Of a stretch of DNA of 64,000 nt, positions 50,203 through 60,234 are shown one piece after another (position 1 is the stretch's first letter; every line of letters begins with the position of its first letter). The notes beneath the pieces are model-generated. The model did no database searches and was not told the DNA's origin. It was given only the letters and a program-made list of their open reading frames with translations. The DNA is from a virus. Taxonomy: Duplodnaviria; Caudoviricetes. The stretch lies in the IMG/VR virus record IMGVR_UViG_3300020148_000032. The stretch is one strand, 5' to 3'. The position numbers and the translations under genes were made by a program.

Positions 50203-50730
50203 TCAAAAGATACCCCAATAAGACACATTGTCAGAGTGATCCCAATAACCCACCTCTTCATCGACGAAAAGACGCGCGTGACCGGCTGGGTAAACACATT
50301 GATGTTCTGGGTAAGTCGGGTTTACTTTTCCGCAAATTCCATTAGGGTCCGATTCATAATCAATCCCAAGACCATCAAGAGTTAACTTGTAAATTCCAAT
50401 GGCTTCTTTCAACATTTCAGAATTAAGATCATTCCTCTTGAAGATTGCCCGTCCAATAAGAGTAGCGTTCTCCTTAAGTTCTTCGTAAGAGAGAACAGAA
50501 TTGAAAAGTCTTTCTTCAGATGAAACTCTCACATATTGAGCCCTCTTCACAAGTTTCTGCAAATCATCTTTAGGCAGATTCAAGAAATCTTGCACATCCC
50601 GAGCCATTTCAGTGTCTGCCTGCCACAATGAGAAGGCAAACCTCACGTCTTTGTTCTTTACTTTCGTTTCTAGAATTCTAGAAACTTTCTTCGCGTTCTT
50701 TTTCGAAAGCGTGTTAAAAATGAGATCCAT
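50203..50730 (-). CDS. Hypothetical protein with C-terminal C-C-H-H
   Basis: ICG...HQCVYPAGH...DH. Confidence 0.6.
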   Translation of the reverse strand: MDLIFNTLSKKNAKKVSRILETKVKNKDVRFAFSLWQADTEMARDVQDFLNLPKDDLQKLVKRAQYVRVSSEERLFNSVLSYEELKENATLIGRAIFKRNDLNSEMLKEAIGIYKLTLDGLGIDYESDPNGICGKVNPTYPEHQCVYPAGHARLFVDEEVGYWDHSDNVSYWGIF

Positions 50731-50733
50731 TAT

Positions 50734-51066
50734 TTACTCCGTAAAACTGTCAACAAATTGAAGGGAAAGTGAAATCTTTGTTCCGTATTCTCGTTCTTCC
50801 TCAGCTCTAGAACCGTAGGGGAACTGAACTTCGAAAATTTCTTTCCGGAGGATAAGGGTGGGGTATTCTTTATCAGCTTGAATCCAACCAGAATAAACTC
50901 CGGTCTCATCCTCTTGAATGAGAACCTTCTTTACAGTATCTCCAGGATTAAGGTAGAATTCGATAGCTCTACGCTCTTGAACTGGGAATACATTCGTAAA
51001 GTTTTCAACCGAAGTCTCGATTCCGCCTTGAACAATGACGTAACCATTCCATACTCTCTTATTCAT
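50734..51066 (-). CDS. Hypothetical protein
   Basis: Y.GW...FEVQFPYG..AEE motif. Confidence 0.6.
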   Translation of the reverse strand: MNKRVWNGYVIVQGGIETSVENFTNVFPVQERRAIEFYLNPGDTVKKVLIQEDETGVYSGWIQADKEYPTLILRKEIFEVQFPYGSRAEEEREYGTKISLSLQFVDSFTE

Positions 51067-51877
51067 AACGAGACCCTTCCGGTTATAGTACTTAGTACTA
51101 TCCTAACAAATTATTACTCTCGCGTCAATAGGGAGTTTTACATGCTTCTCTGTTCTGGCTTACTCGAAAATATGGAACGGAAACTTCTAGAATCTTTCAT
51201 TAATATTATGGAAGGGACAAAAGTCTTGCGCACTTTGCATCTTCATACTCGTACTCTCCCTAACGTTGACGTTGAAGTTTTTTTATGATTTAGGTTTTCA
51301 AGATCAGAATCAGAGAATCATGGGTAAGAAAGCTAAAGTGATTGCTTATTACATATTAGAATAGTGATAAGTCTAAAATCTGGCGCGCTCTCATAAATAC
51401 TCGTGTTATGGGAATCAAAGTTGAAATTGATAGAGGTAAGGGTGTCAAAATTAGGTTGCCAATTGGGACAAAGTGGAGATGTAAATACGGACAGAAGTTT
51501 ATCATCGTTGATAGAGAAATAGAATTCATTAGTCTTAATAAAGAGAGAAAGACTTACTTTCAGGAAATAGAATAAAAAAATCGTGTGTTTGATTTTTCTA
51601 AGAATCGTGTTATAGTAGTTCTTATCAACGAAAGGTTTTGAAATGACTGTTCAGCTCTTCTTGCATTGGAAACTCTACCTTTGAACCCCTCACTAAGGGA
51701 CCCGAGAACATCGTTCTTGTTATCCACCTGGAGGAAGGATATCTTATGCTAAAAGTCCATCAATTTATGAATCGCTTGCGATCAATGAAAGATTCGCGGG
51801 CGGTCGAATTCTTAAAGTCTTTCGACATGACAAGGAATTTACCGTCTCATTCTGAAAGTAAGGATTCTTAACCCTCA

Positions 51878-51929
51878 TACTTGAAAACCTTGGTAACTGC
51901 TATACTGCGGCTACCAAGGTTTTCAAGTA
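51878..51929. terminator. Hairpin (18-bp stem)
   Basis: TACTTGAAAACCTTGGTA ... TACCAAGGTTTTCAAGTA. Confidence 0.6.
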
Positions 51930-52033
51930 AATCCATATCGTTACACATGATAATCTAACAATGCTGAACTAACTTAGTCTCTTGCCGACTACACGTAAAA
52001 GAGTCGTACAATCGCGCGAGATATAGACAAGAT

Positions 52034-52582
52034 TTACAAAGAGAGAAACCTTCTCATCTCTTCTAAATTCTTTGGGGTTAACCCATTCTTACTCTCGCAT
52101 TCAACAGCAAGAACGCGAGGGTCTTGAAACACTTCATGAGTTTTAGAATAATAAGAGAGCAAGTTTCTATAACTCTTTATGTCATCATCACACCAAATTA
52201 CTTTATCTTCAATAGAAAGCGAGTCAAGTAATTTTTTCACTCCCTCAATTTTCCACCAATACGTTAAATTTCTAGAGACCGTCTCTCGAATCCAATCCCA
52301 ATCAGACCCAAAACCAAGTTCTGGAGCAAGTATTGAAACAGCGCGATCCTTCCACGTGGTACACCACATTCCTTGCGCTCTAGATTCAGTTAAAAGCTCT
52401 TTCAATTCTTTTACTAGATCTTTCGAATAACACACATCATAGACTCCAGCAAGCGTTGTACGAATCCACGATTCTTTATCCCAATGAGAGAGATCCTCGT
52501 CTGAATCTGGGAGAGCATTCACAACACCATCAATGTCAAAGAGAATAAAAACTTTACCTTCGCTCAGAGTCATTTTTCTCAC
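52034..52582 (-). CDS. HAD-superfamily protein (RNA-repair HAD type)
   Basis: LFDIDGVVN, WCTTWK, WWK, IWCDDD, GLT. Confidence 0.82.
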   Translation of the reverse strand: MRKMTLSEGKVFILFDIDGVVNALPDSDEDLSHWDKESWIRTTLAGVYDVCYSKDLVKELKELLTESRAQGMWCTTWKDRAVSILAPELGFGSDWDWIRETVSRNLTYWWKIEGVKKLLDSLSIEDKVIWCDDDIKSYRNLLSYYSKTHEVFQDPRVLAVECESKNGLTPKNLEEMRRFLSL

Positions 52583-52629
52583 CTTTCAAAAGTTCCTCAA
52601 AAAGATTATAACGAGAGTTACTCTCTTAC

Positions 52630-52666
52630 TAGCAAACCGCCACCGCATAATGGTGGCGGTTTGCTA
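52630..52666. terminator. Terminator hairpin
   Basis: TAGCAAACCGCCACC ... GGTGGCGGTTTGCTA. Confidence 0.75.
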
Positions 52667-52682
52667 TTCAAACGTTCAAAAC

Positions 52683-53126
52683 CTATCGCTCAATCACAAC
52701 CTCGGTGGACTTGTTGATGATGGGGAACCAACTGAACAGACCAACACGATAGCCAGTTGTTTCGAAAGTGTAAGTCTCCCCAACAGTGATGCTTCCATAA
52801 ATGTCGGCAGAGTTCGTCACGCCCTCGAACCAGTTATCCTTCACTAAGAGAACACCGCAATTGTCAGTGTAAATCCTCATGGAGGACAAACCTCCCGAGT
52901 TACTCGTGCGATCCTTGTCAGTCACCACACAGTTCTCAAAAGTGCGGACGGGGGAAACATATTGTCCGATTGAGAAGAGACCAAAAACAATGACCCCAAC
53001 AAGACCGATAACAAAGAAAACCCTCCCCGAGCTTACATGCGAACTGCGGGACTTATTCCAAGAGGTCTCAACAGTATTGAATTTTCCGCGGCTCATTTGT
53101 CCAGGGAAGAGATATGCCTTACCCAT
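52683..53126 (-). CDS. Phage-type membrane-anchored secreted protein
   Basis: TM; CVVTDKDR, RIYTDNCG, NSADIYG, G.R....S.FP.I. Confidence 0.7.
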   Translation of the reverse strand: MGKAYLFPGQMSRGKFNTVETSWNKSRSSHVSSGRVFFVIGLVGVIVFGLFSIGQYVSPVRTFENCVVTDKDRTSNSGGLSSMRIYTDNCGVLLVKDNWFEGVTNSADIYGSITVGETYTFETTGYRVGLFSWFPIINKSTEVVIER

Positions 53127-53501
53127 TGCGTCACTCCTTAATAGTTGTTAATCACTATTATAATTGAAACGAATAAGGCTTGTCAATATCTCTCTTACTT
53201 TAAAAGCCACCCGTAGGTGACCTCTAAAGAATTAGTGTTAAAACTAGCTCTAGTCATTCAGAATGACGATAATGAAAGCCAACCCAAAGGGCGAAAACTC
53301 CACCATCCACACTCTCAATCTGAAGTCACTCAAGACTCATCAAAACTTTTAATAATCTACTTATAGTTTGACAAGTCCACCTGAAAGTTACCTTAAAAGG
53401 AAACCACAGTTGGCTCGCCACGGGTGAGGTTCTAACAGCATATTAGTACTCCACTGACGCATTATTCGTTCCTCAAATTGAACCCGGGCGCGCCCAGTTA
53501 A

Positions 53502-54092
53502 TCAACCCTCTTCAATTCGTGATCTGACAGAACGAATACGTGCGCGCAAAGCCTCACGGAGCTCGTCAACAAGGTCCAAACTAGCATAACCCCACCCGTC
53601 AGCCATAACAGTAACAGTTTTATCAGACGAGAACACAATTGCACTAAAAGGAACAAGTGCTCCATTAGACAACTTCACGTAATAGTCCTTGAAAATAAGG
53701 TCATCATCGCTAGGGTCGGAACCCGAGTTCTCGGACAACCAACTTAATTCGGCAAAGACTTCGAAAGCACTTTTAGGAGCTTCTTCAATGACATTCGCGC
53801 CACTCTCAATTGTCACGACCGAATCAATCATCACTGGGTCCTCACCAAGGTTAAAAGCTCCGTCCCCATTCAAACCAACCCACGAACCAACAGCCCAACC
53901 AACACCACCCCGACGCTTTAACTCTTCCCACTCTGAATTCGTACCACCCGCAAAAATAAAAACCTGCTTCGCATTCAAACCATCAAAAAGAATCGCGGGA
54001 GTCAGATTGATCCCACACTGGTCAAAAAAAGCAACCCACTGTAAAGAATCATTCGAGCCCTCGCTCTTATACTTCGCAAGATTATCAATCAT
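53502..54092 (-). CDS. Hypothetical protein
   Basis: Long ORF with strongly G/T-skewed coding strand. Confidence 0.6.
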   Translation of the reverse strand: MIDNLAKYKSEGSNDSLQWVAFFDQCGINLTPAILFDGLNAKQVFIFAGGTNSEWEELKRRGGVGWAVGSWVGLNGDGAFNLGEDPVMIDSVVTIESGANVIEEAPKSAFEVFAELSWLSENSGSDPSDDDLIFKDYYVKLSNGALVPFSAIVFSSDKTVTVMADGWGYASLDLVDELREALRARIRSVRSRIEEG

Positions 54093-54974
54093 TATGAAAC
54101 CCACTAACCAATTCTAGAGAATTAATCATCACAAGAACTCTTCGTGAACCCCGCAAGGGTGTCCCCCTTTAAAAAGTTTCTCGCAACAATACTTCTTACC
54201 TATTAAATATTATACATAAAAGAAAGGAGAAGTACAATACTTCTCATCACAAAATTAAAAAGACCAGCCTTTTCAAATTGACGATTACTTGCAATCTAAA
54301 TTGACGACCCAAATACCAATTCCACATTTCAAAAAAAAAGAAAACAACAATGACATTCAGAAACTCCAGAATGTTCACACGCCAGAGGACACGACAAGCA
54401 AGTAAGATCACGCTCTCAAACAAAAACGGATTTTCACTAATTACCTAATGACAGTCCACCCCTGCAAACACTATTCACAAAAACAACCTAAAGGTTCACG
54501 ACAACCTCGGAACCATCAGGAAGGGTTACAACCGCCACCTGCGAATCCTTATCAATCACGCGAACAAGCACATTCACCACAACAAGACCCACTTTCAAAA
54601 AGACTTTGATAAACCTCTGGACTAGCGTCAAGACCCTTCAAAACCCCGCACCGTCAAAAACCGCAGTCTCCCAGGATCACAACTAAAGACGAACAACGCA
54701 TCACGGTTTGACTAAAACACTGTTAGAACAAGAACCACTGTTTCTCATAAACACACTAGGTAATAACAAGCAATGACCCCTGCTAACAGTTTTCAATAAT
54801 CAAAACAAGTGACTCTACAACCAACCAATCCTTAAAGTTTTATCAAACCCGAACCCTCACCGAGAGGTTTGACAACCGCTCCCTCATAAACATTTTTTAA
54901 AAGTGGCGCCACCCAGTGGATAAATGGTAAAGCCCCTCAACACGCTAGACTCTTTGAAAATTAAAAACAGTAGT

Positions 54975-55346
54975 CTAACCCTCGGGGTACAATATAGAGA
55001 ACGCTGACTGCTCGGGTAATTCACCGAACAAGTAAATCGCATCAGCATAAAACGCAAGGACATCCGCGTGACAAGGCAACGGTGCGCAAAAACACTGGAG
55101 TCTTTTACCCTGTAAAGACACCACACTATCCAACAAATCAGAGGTTGCAAGAAAATACTCTTCAAACCTTCGAATCACAACCTTTCGAGATTCAAGTTTC
55201 TCCTCCCGCGACGAACCAGTCAAAGGGTACGGGTTACCCCACTTTGAACCACGACCAACATACACATCAAACGGTGTCTTATGAAACTTATTCACAACAA
55301 GAGTAGGCGTGAAACCAAGACTGTCCACTTTCAACCCGCTTTCCAT
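54975..55346 (-). CDS. DUF4326 domain protein
   Basis: DVYVGRGSKWGNPY, L.GK.L.CFCAPLPCHADVL. Confidence 0.9.
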   Translation of the reverse strand: MESGLKVDSLGFTPTLVVNKFHKTPFDVYVGRGSKWGNPYPLTGSSREEKLESRKVVIRRFEEYFLATSDLLDSVVSLQGKRLQCFCAPLPCHADVLAFYADAIYLFGELPEQSAFSILYPEG

Positions 55347-55468
55347 TCTACAAACCTACCCTCTAGTTAAATGTAGATCAAATCACCATGCAATCAAAAA
55401 CCCTTAAACATTTTACCAACAATCAACATAGCGACAATCATCAAGCACAATCGAGTCAGGAGCGGTAA

Positions 55469-55505
55469 TTCACACAAACTTTCACAAACACTTTCACAAA
55501 CACTT
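55469..55505 (+). repeat. Tandem 12-bp repeat CTTTCACAAACA x2 plus partial copies
   Basis: Exact copies at 55479-55490 and 55491-55502. Confidence 0.6.
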
Positions 55506-55779
55506 ATTCCCTCAGCCTCCCCGCCATCAAAAAATCATTATTCAATTTTTATGCTCGTTCGCTAAAAACAAATAGAATCCAAAATCAACACAAAACCCTA
55601 CGCTCACAACCAACACCACCACACAAACAACACTGAACACGCAGACAACCTTTACCACCACAAAAATAAAAACCCTCACAATTACGCTTACCACACTCAC
55701 ACAAACAACCACCAAACATCAAAAAAAATCAACCCAAAAAATAAAAAAAAGAAAAAAAAAAGAAAACAACCCTGACATG

Positions 55780-56930
55780 GGGAACACTCCAGCGACAGCT
55801 GCCACTAGCCACCCTCCACTTACTCTCACTCTAACCACCAAGTGGTCGCCACCCGATGCCACCACTAACCACCGCTTTTAGACCCCAACGCTTTTAAAGT
55901 CCGCTCGCTTTAACAAGCTTTCACCAACACGACAAGTGCCACCCCATATTCTGAACCCCCAACCCCAATAGGGGCTTTAACCGGCTTTTACAAGCACCGA
56001 GGGTCTCACTCACCCAGGCTCAGGCGGACCGGGGTCCGCCTTCGCCACTGGCCTCCACTATACCAACGAGTAGTTCCAATCACTCTACAAGTCACTAGGT
56101 GTCACGTCCACGCTTGCTCGAGACGTAGCCCAGTGTTCCAATGACACACTCTACACTGTCAGTCACACCTGCGCACTCGAGTGCCCCCTTCGGGGTTCAT
56201 CTCGCACCCAGTTGTTCCTACCAAGTGCTTCACGAGTGTGCCACTTCCACACGACCTACTAGCAGCATGTCCGGACACCATCGCTCCTTGAGAGCGCCTT
56301 CCACTACTCGAGGTACCGTTCCGGACCAGGACTCCCCGCCAAGGGTCCAGCCACCCCAAGTGGGGTGGCTACCCTCGCGGTCCGTCAAGCGCCGGACCAC
56401 CACCTTCACCACTAGGGGTCCATGGCTTCCAACAGCCCTTTACCAAGTTTCCGGAAGGGCCAAGTCTTTACTCCCTTACCGCTCTGCCCAAGCACAAGTC
56501 TACCGTCACCGCCCCAGGGGAGTGCACCGGCGCGAGGCACGCCGGGAGGCGTGCAGAGTGCCAAGGTGCACACGAGCCAGAGGGGTGAGGACCGGTCCAC
56601 AGCGAGCACCGCGAGCGTGTGGAGTTGTCCGGTCCACCACTCGGGCGAGTAAGCCACCAAGGAGTGCCGCGCCACGGGGACGGGGAGCCACAAGTCGTGG
56701 AGCGAGGCGACCGGGTAGCAGCGGTGAACTTTTCAATCAGTTTTAGTAAGTGTTGGAAGTTCACCGGTGCGGACCGGTTGGCGAGCGTAGCGACCTTGGG
56801 GTGGACCGGACCACTAGAGTCACTATGAACGAGTAGCACCAAGTAGTGGTGGTAGGGTGAGTAGTGACTCTATGGCTACGAGCGGAGTGAGTAGTCCCGG
56901 AACGAACGGTAGTGAGGTCCGCGGGTTTGG
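55780..56930. other. GC-rich structured non-coding core; putative replication origin/oriT (or large structured RNA)
   Basis: C-rich to G-rich switch at about 56515; several inverted repeats; AT-rich flanks; next to a replication-relaxation-like gene. Confidence 0.6.
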
Positions 56931-57165
56931 GTTGTTCTTTGATTAATATAGTAGTATTGTGTTTTTGAGGTTTTTGTTTTAGTAAACGTATTTTTTGTTG
57001 GCTATAAGTGGGACTTAGTTTAGTCCGATATTATTTGTGTTGGGAAACTCTGCTGCTACTGGTATTGGTAGTGTGGGTAGTGGTGTGTTGAGTTTAGTTT
57101 GTAGTATATACTATGTATGTAAGACGCCGTTTCACAGTTGAGGTTTTAGCAAGGTTGGTGTTATT

Positions 57166-60100
57166 GTGAATGATAATCCGTTGAGTGGTTCTAGTGACTC
57201 TAGTGATGTTTCTAAGAAGTTTGTGGTACGTGATCCTTTGAATTCTAGAAAGCCGAACCCTTTGAGTTCTCGTGGTATTGAGGGTGATGGTGTTATTGAT
57301 TCTGAACTTGAGAGCAGTGATCCTCATTTTGTGAGTGATGCTTCTAGAGTGAAGAGGGTTGTTAAACCTTTTGCTCCTAAGGGTTTTGGAGTTCTTGGTT
57401 CGGATGATGGTGGAGTAGAATCAGGTGTTGTTCCTGAGGGTGTTGTTCCGGTTAAGCGTCAGGGTCCTGTTTTTAATTCTAAGAAGGTTGAGGATTTTGG
57501 TAGAAGTCGTGTGGCGAGTGAGACTTCTAATAGTGTTGTTCCAGTTGTTGAAAGTGGTGACTCTGGAGTTGTAATTGGTGTAGAGGGTGGCGAACTTGTT
57601 GTGCCTGTTGTGGAGGGTGATGCGGCTCTTGAGTCTGGAATTGGCATTCCTGAACCTGTTATTCATGATTTTGGTGGAGAGCCTGTTGGTGTTTTTGCTC
57701 TTGATTTTAATTCTGTTGGTGGAGATTCTGTTGCTGAGTTCTCTATTGATGATGTTCTTGGAGAGAGTATTGTTCCTGTGGTGAATGATTTAGTGACCCT
57801 TAGTGATGAGGAGGGTCATCATGTGGATGCTCGAGTATTGAGTGTTGGTGTTGATGGTATTGTGAGTGCTCTTGTTGATTTTGATTCTTGGCGTGAGGTA
57901 CCTTTTGGTTCTTTCGATAGTGATTCAAGTGGCGTGGGTTCTGGCGAGGATGATTTTGGCTCTTTTTATTCGAGTGATGGACCTGTTAGTGATGACTTTG
58001 TGGATGAGGATCCTGTTGGAGAGGATGAGCAGTATTCTTGGGATGAGGAATCTGATTATGTGAGTGAGGGTGGTATTCCTGGTAGAGTAACTCCAGAGTT
58101 CGAGAGCGAATCTTTGGTTATTGAACCTGTTGTTAGTGATGTTTTAGATTCTAATAGTGATTCTGCTAGTGTGGTGAACCCTTTTATAGATAGTGATGAT
58201 TCTGAACTTTCGGGTGATGATTTGGGAGAGGGTGAGGTTGCTGGAGTTGTTAATGATGAACTTGAGGGTGATTCGTTTGTTGGTTCTGGTGATGATTCTT
58301 TAGTTGGTAGTGGTGATTCTCTTTCTCGTGAGCCTTTTAATCCTTTTGTGGATGATGATGGAGTCGAGTATTCTATTGATGTGAGCGGTCTTTCTGGAGG
58401 TGACTCTCGTTTTGTTGAGAGAGATGAGGATGATAGTGATGGCGTTTTTGAGGGGTTTGATTCACAGCTTGATCAAGTGTTGAGTGATGATGAGGATGCT
58501 GTTGCGGGTAGAGTTTCGAGTAGTGAGAGTGGTGAGGGTGAGAGCGAAATCATTGTTAGTGATGAACCTGTTGAAGCTTTTAATCCTTTTGTGGGTGATG
58601 ATGAGGGTGATTTTGATGAGTCTGGTGACTCTTTTGTTGAGGAAGTTGTTGATTCTCGTGGGCGTGTGAGTGAGCCTGGTGGGGGAGATAACCCATTTAT
58701 TGGTAGTGATAGTGATGATTTGCCTTATCGTCCTAGGTTGGTTGATGGTGTTCCTGAGCGTGAGTTGTTGCCAGAGGGTGCTTTGAACCTTGTGAATAGG
58801 GTTCGTGAGACTAGTGTGGAGGATCGTGAGCGTATTCAAGCGGCTCGTGAGAAGGGTTCTTTAACGAAGTCTGGAGTTTTTGATAGTGATTTTAGTCCTA
58901 AGAGGGTGACCGAGGTTGTGGTTGATTCTCGTGGTAGGGGAAAAACTCGAGGTAAGGATCCACTTGTGAGGGGTGAACCTGAAGGTGAGGGTTCTGGTGA
59001 AGAGTTTGGGTCACCTTCGGATTGGGTTGGAGCTACCCCTGTGAGGGAGCGCCAGCGTTACCAGTGGACTCGTGGTGATGGTCGTTTGAATGGTAAAGAG
59101 TTAGAGTTTTTTAGGAATTTAGAGTTAAGTAAGTCAGAGTTCCAGCGTCGTGGAGATAGTGCGGTATTGTTGAGGAAGCCTGCTGGTGGTAATGAGAGTG
59201 AGGCTGAGCGTAAGGAGAGGGTGAAGCGCCTTACGAGAGCTATTGGTGGTCGTGAGGCTTTAGAACGTGGTACTCGTTTTCGTTTTGGGTGGAAGGAACG
59301 TGAGGTGTTAGAGTTCCTTGCAATGTTTAGGTATGCTACAGCTAAGCATTTGTCTCGAATGTTTAGTGAGGCAGAGTCTACCATGTATAAGAGGTTGAAG
59401 AAACTTCGTTTGCAGGGTCTTGTTATTGATAAGAAATTGTATGGGGCTCGTCCTATTTGGTTCCTTACTGAGGCTGGTCTTGTGGTAAGTGGGTTTGATT
59501 TACCGAGGGTTATCGAGTCCAAGTTAACTTTTAGTATGTTCCCTCACCAGTTCACGGTGAATAATACTGCGGCTAATTTGTGGGGAGCTAATGTTGATGT
59601 GTTGCATTTAGATAATTTTCCAGAGCGTAATCGTGAGGATGAGAAGGGTAATCCACGGTTTGGTGAGAAACTTGTGAGTGAGTTAGAGATCCAGTCATCG
59701 TTTGGTAAGTTGAAGATGTTTGATAAGAGTGATGTGTATAGACCACAGATTATTGGTCTTATTGAGCGTGAGTTTGCTGCTTGGGAAGAGGCCGGTGGGG
59801 TAGAGTTTGGACCTAGTCCAGAACAAGTGTATGGTAATGAGTACATGTGGGCTTTAATGCCTCCTTATAATGTGAAGTTGGCTTATCACGTTCCTGATTT
59901 AGTGGTAAAGCGTCCTCGTAATAGTGATGGTACTCCTAATAGTATTGCTGTTGAGATTGAGATTAATAATAAACCTAGTGCTAGTTATGAGAAGACTTTA
60001 AGGGCGTACTTGTTGGACTCCAGGTTGTATTCAAAAGTGATTTGGGTGTGTAAGAATGTTGGGCCTGCTCGAAAGCTTGAAAAGATTGGTAAAGATTTGG

Positions 60101-60186
60101 GTATGTTGCAGAGTGGTAAGCTTAATATTGTCCCTGTTCTTACTGAGGATGGTGTGTTTAAGGAGCGTGACTTGTGGACTTTATAA
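57166..60186 (+). CDS. Replication-relaxation-like protein (wHTH + PD-(D/E)xK) with a long acidic disordered N-terminus
   Basis: EVLEFLAMFRYAT..HL......TMYKRLKKL...GLV; HQFTVN; HVPDLVV...AVEIEINNK...Y. Confidence 0.75.
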   Translation: MNDNPLSGSSDSSDVSKKFVVRDPLNSRKPNPLSSRGIEGDGVIDSELESSDPHFVSDASRVKRVVKPFAPKGFGVLGSDDGGVESGVVPEGVVPVKRQGPVFNSKKVEDFGRSRVASETSNSVVPVVESGDSGVVIGVEGGELVVPVVEGDAALESGIGIPEPVIHDFGGEPVGVFALDFNSVGGDSVAEFSIDDVLGESIVPVVNDLVTLSDEEGHHVDARVLSVGVDGIVSALVDFDSWREVPFGSFDSDSSGVGSGEDDFGSFYSSDGPVSDDFVDEDPVGEDEQYSWDEESDYVSEGGIPGRVTPEFESESLVIEPVVSDVLDSNSDSASVVNPFIDSDDSELSGDDLGEGEVAGVVNDELEGDSFVGSGDDSLVGSGDSLSREPFNPFVDDDGVEYSIDVSGLSGGDSRFVERDEDDSDGVFEGFDSQLDQVLSDDEDAVAGRVSSSESGEGESEIIVSDEPVEAFNPFVGDDEGDFDESGDSFVEEVVDSRGRVSEPGGGDNPFIGSDSDDLPYRPRLVDGVPERELLPEGALNLVNRVRETSVEDRERIQAAREKGSLTKSGVFDSDFSPKRVTEVVVDSRGRGKTRGKDPLVRGEPEGEGSGEEFGSPSDWVGATPVRERQRYQWTRGDGRLNGKELEFFRNLELSKSEFQRRGDSAVLLRKPAGGNESEAERKERVKRLTRAIGGREALERGTRFRFGWKEREVLEFLAMFRYATAKHLSRMFSEAESTMYKRLKKLRLQGLVIDKKLYGARPIWFLTEAGLVVSGFDLPRVIESKLTFSMFPHQFTVNNTAANLWGANVDVLHLDNFPERNREDEKGNPRFGEKLVSELEIQSSFGKLKMFDKSDVYRPQIIGLIEREFAAWEEAGGVEFGPSPEQVYGNEYMWALMPPYNVKLAYHVPDLVVKRPRNSDGTPNSIAVEIEINNKPSASYEKTLRAYLLDSRLYSKVIWVCKNVGPARKLEKIGKDLGMLQSGKLNIVPVLTEDGVFKERDLWTL

Positions 60187-60234
60187 CGCGACTTGATGAT
60201 ATTATGTGTAGTGTTTTTATAGGAATAGTGGGTT

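Noticed and set aside
51643-51855. Possible frameshifted gene after a promoter and RBS
   Set aside because: Needs two frame changes and has no recognisable homology, so it cannot be supported.
55288-55296. DnaA-box match TTATTCACA
   Set aside because: Single copy inside the DUF4326 gene; no cluster; expected by chance in A/C-rich DNA.
56141-56842. Cluster of overlapping ORFs (60-201 aa) in the GC-rich core
   Set aside because: R/P/G/A-rich translations in many frames with no RBS or motifs; explained by scarcity of stop codons at high GC.
55780-56930. CRISPR array or IS element
   Set aside because: No regularly spaced 25-40 bp direct repeats, no transposase, no terminal inverted repeats.
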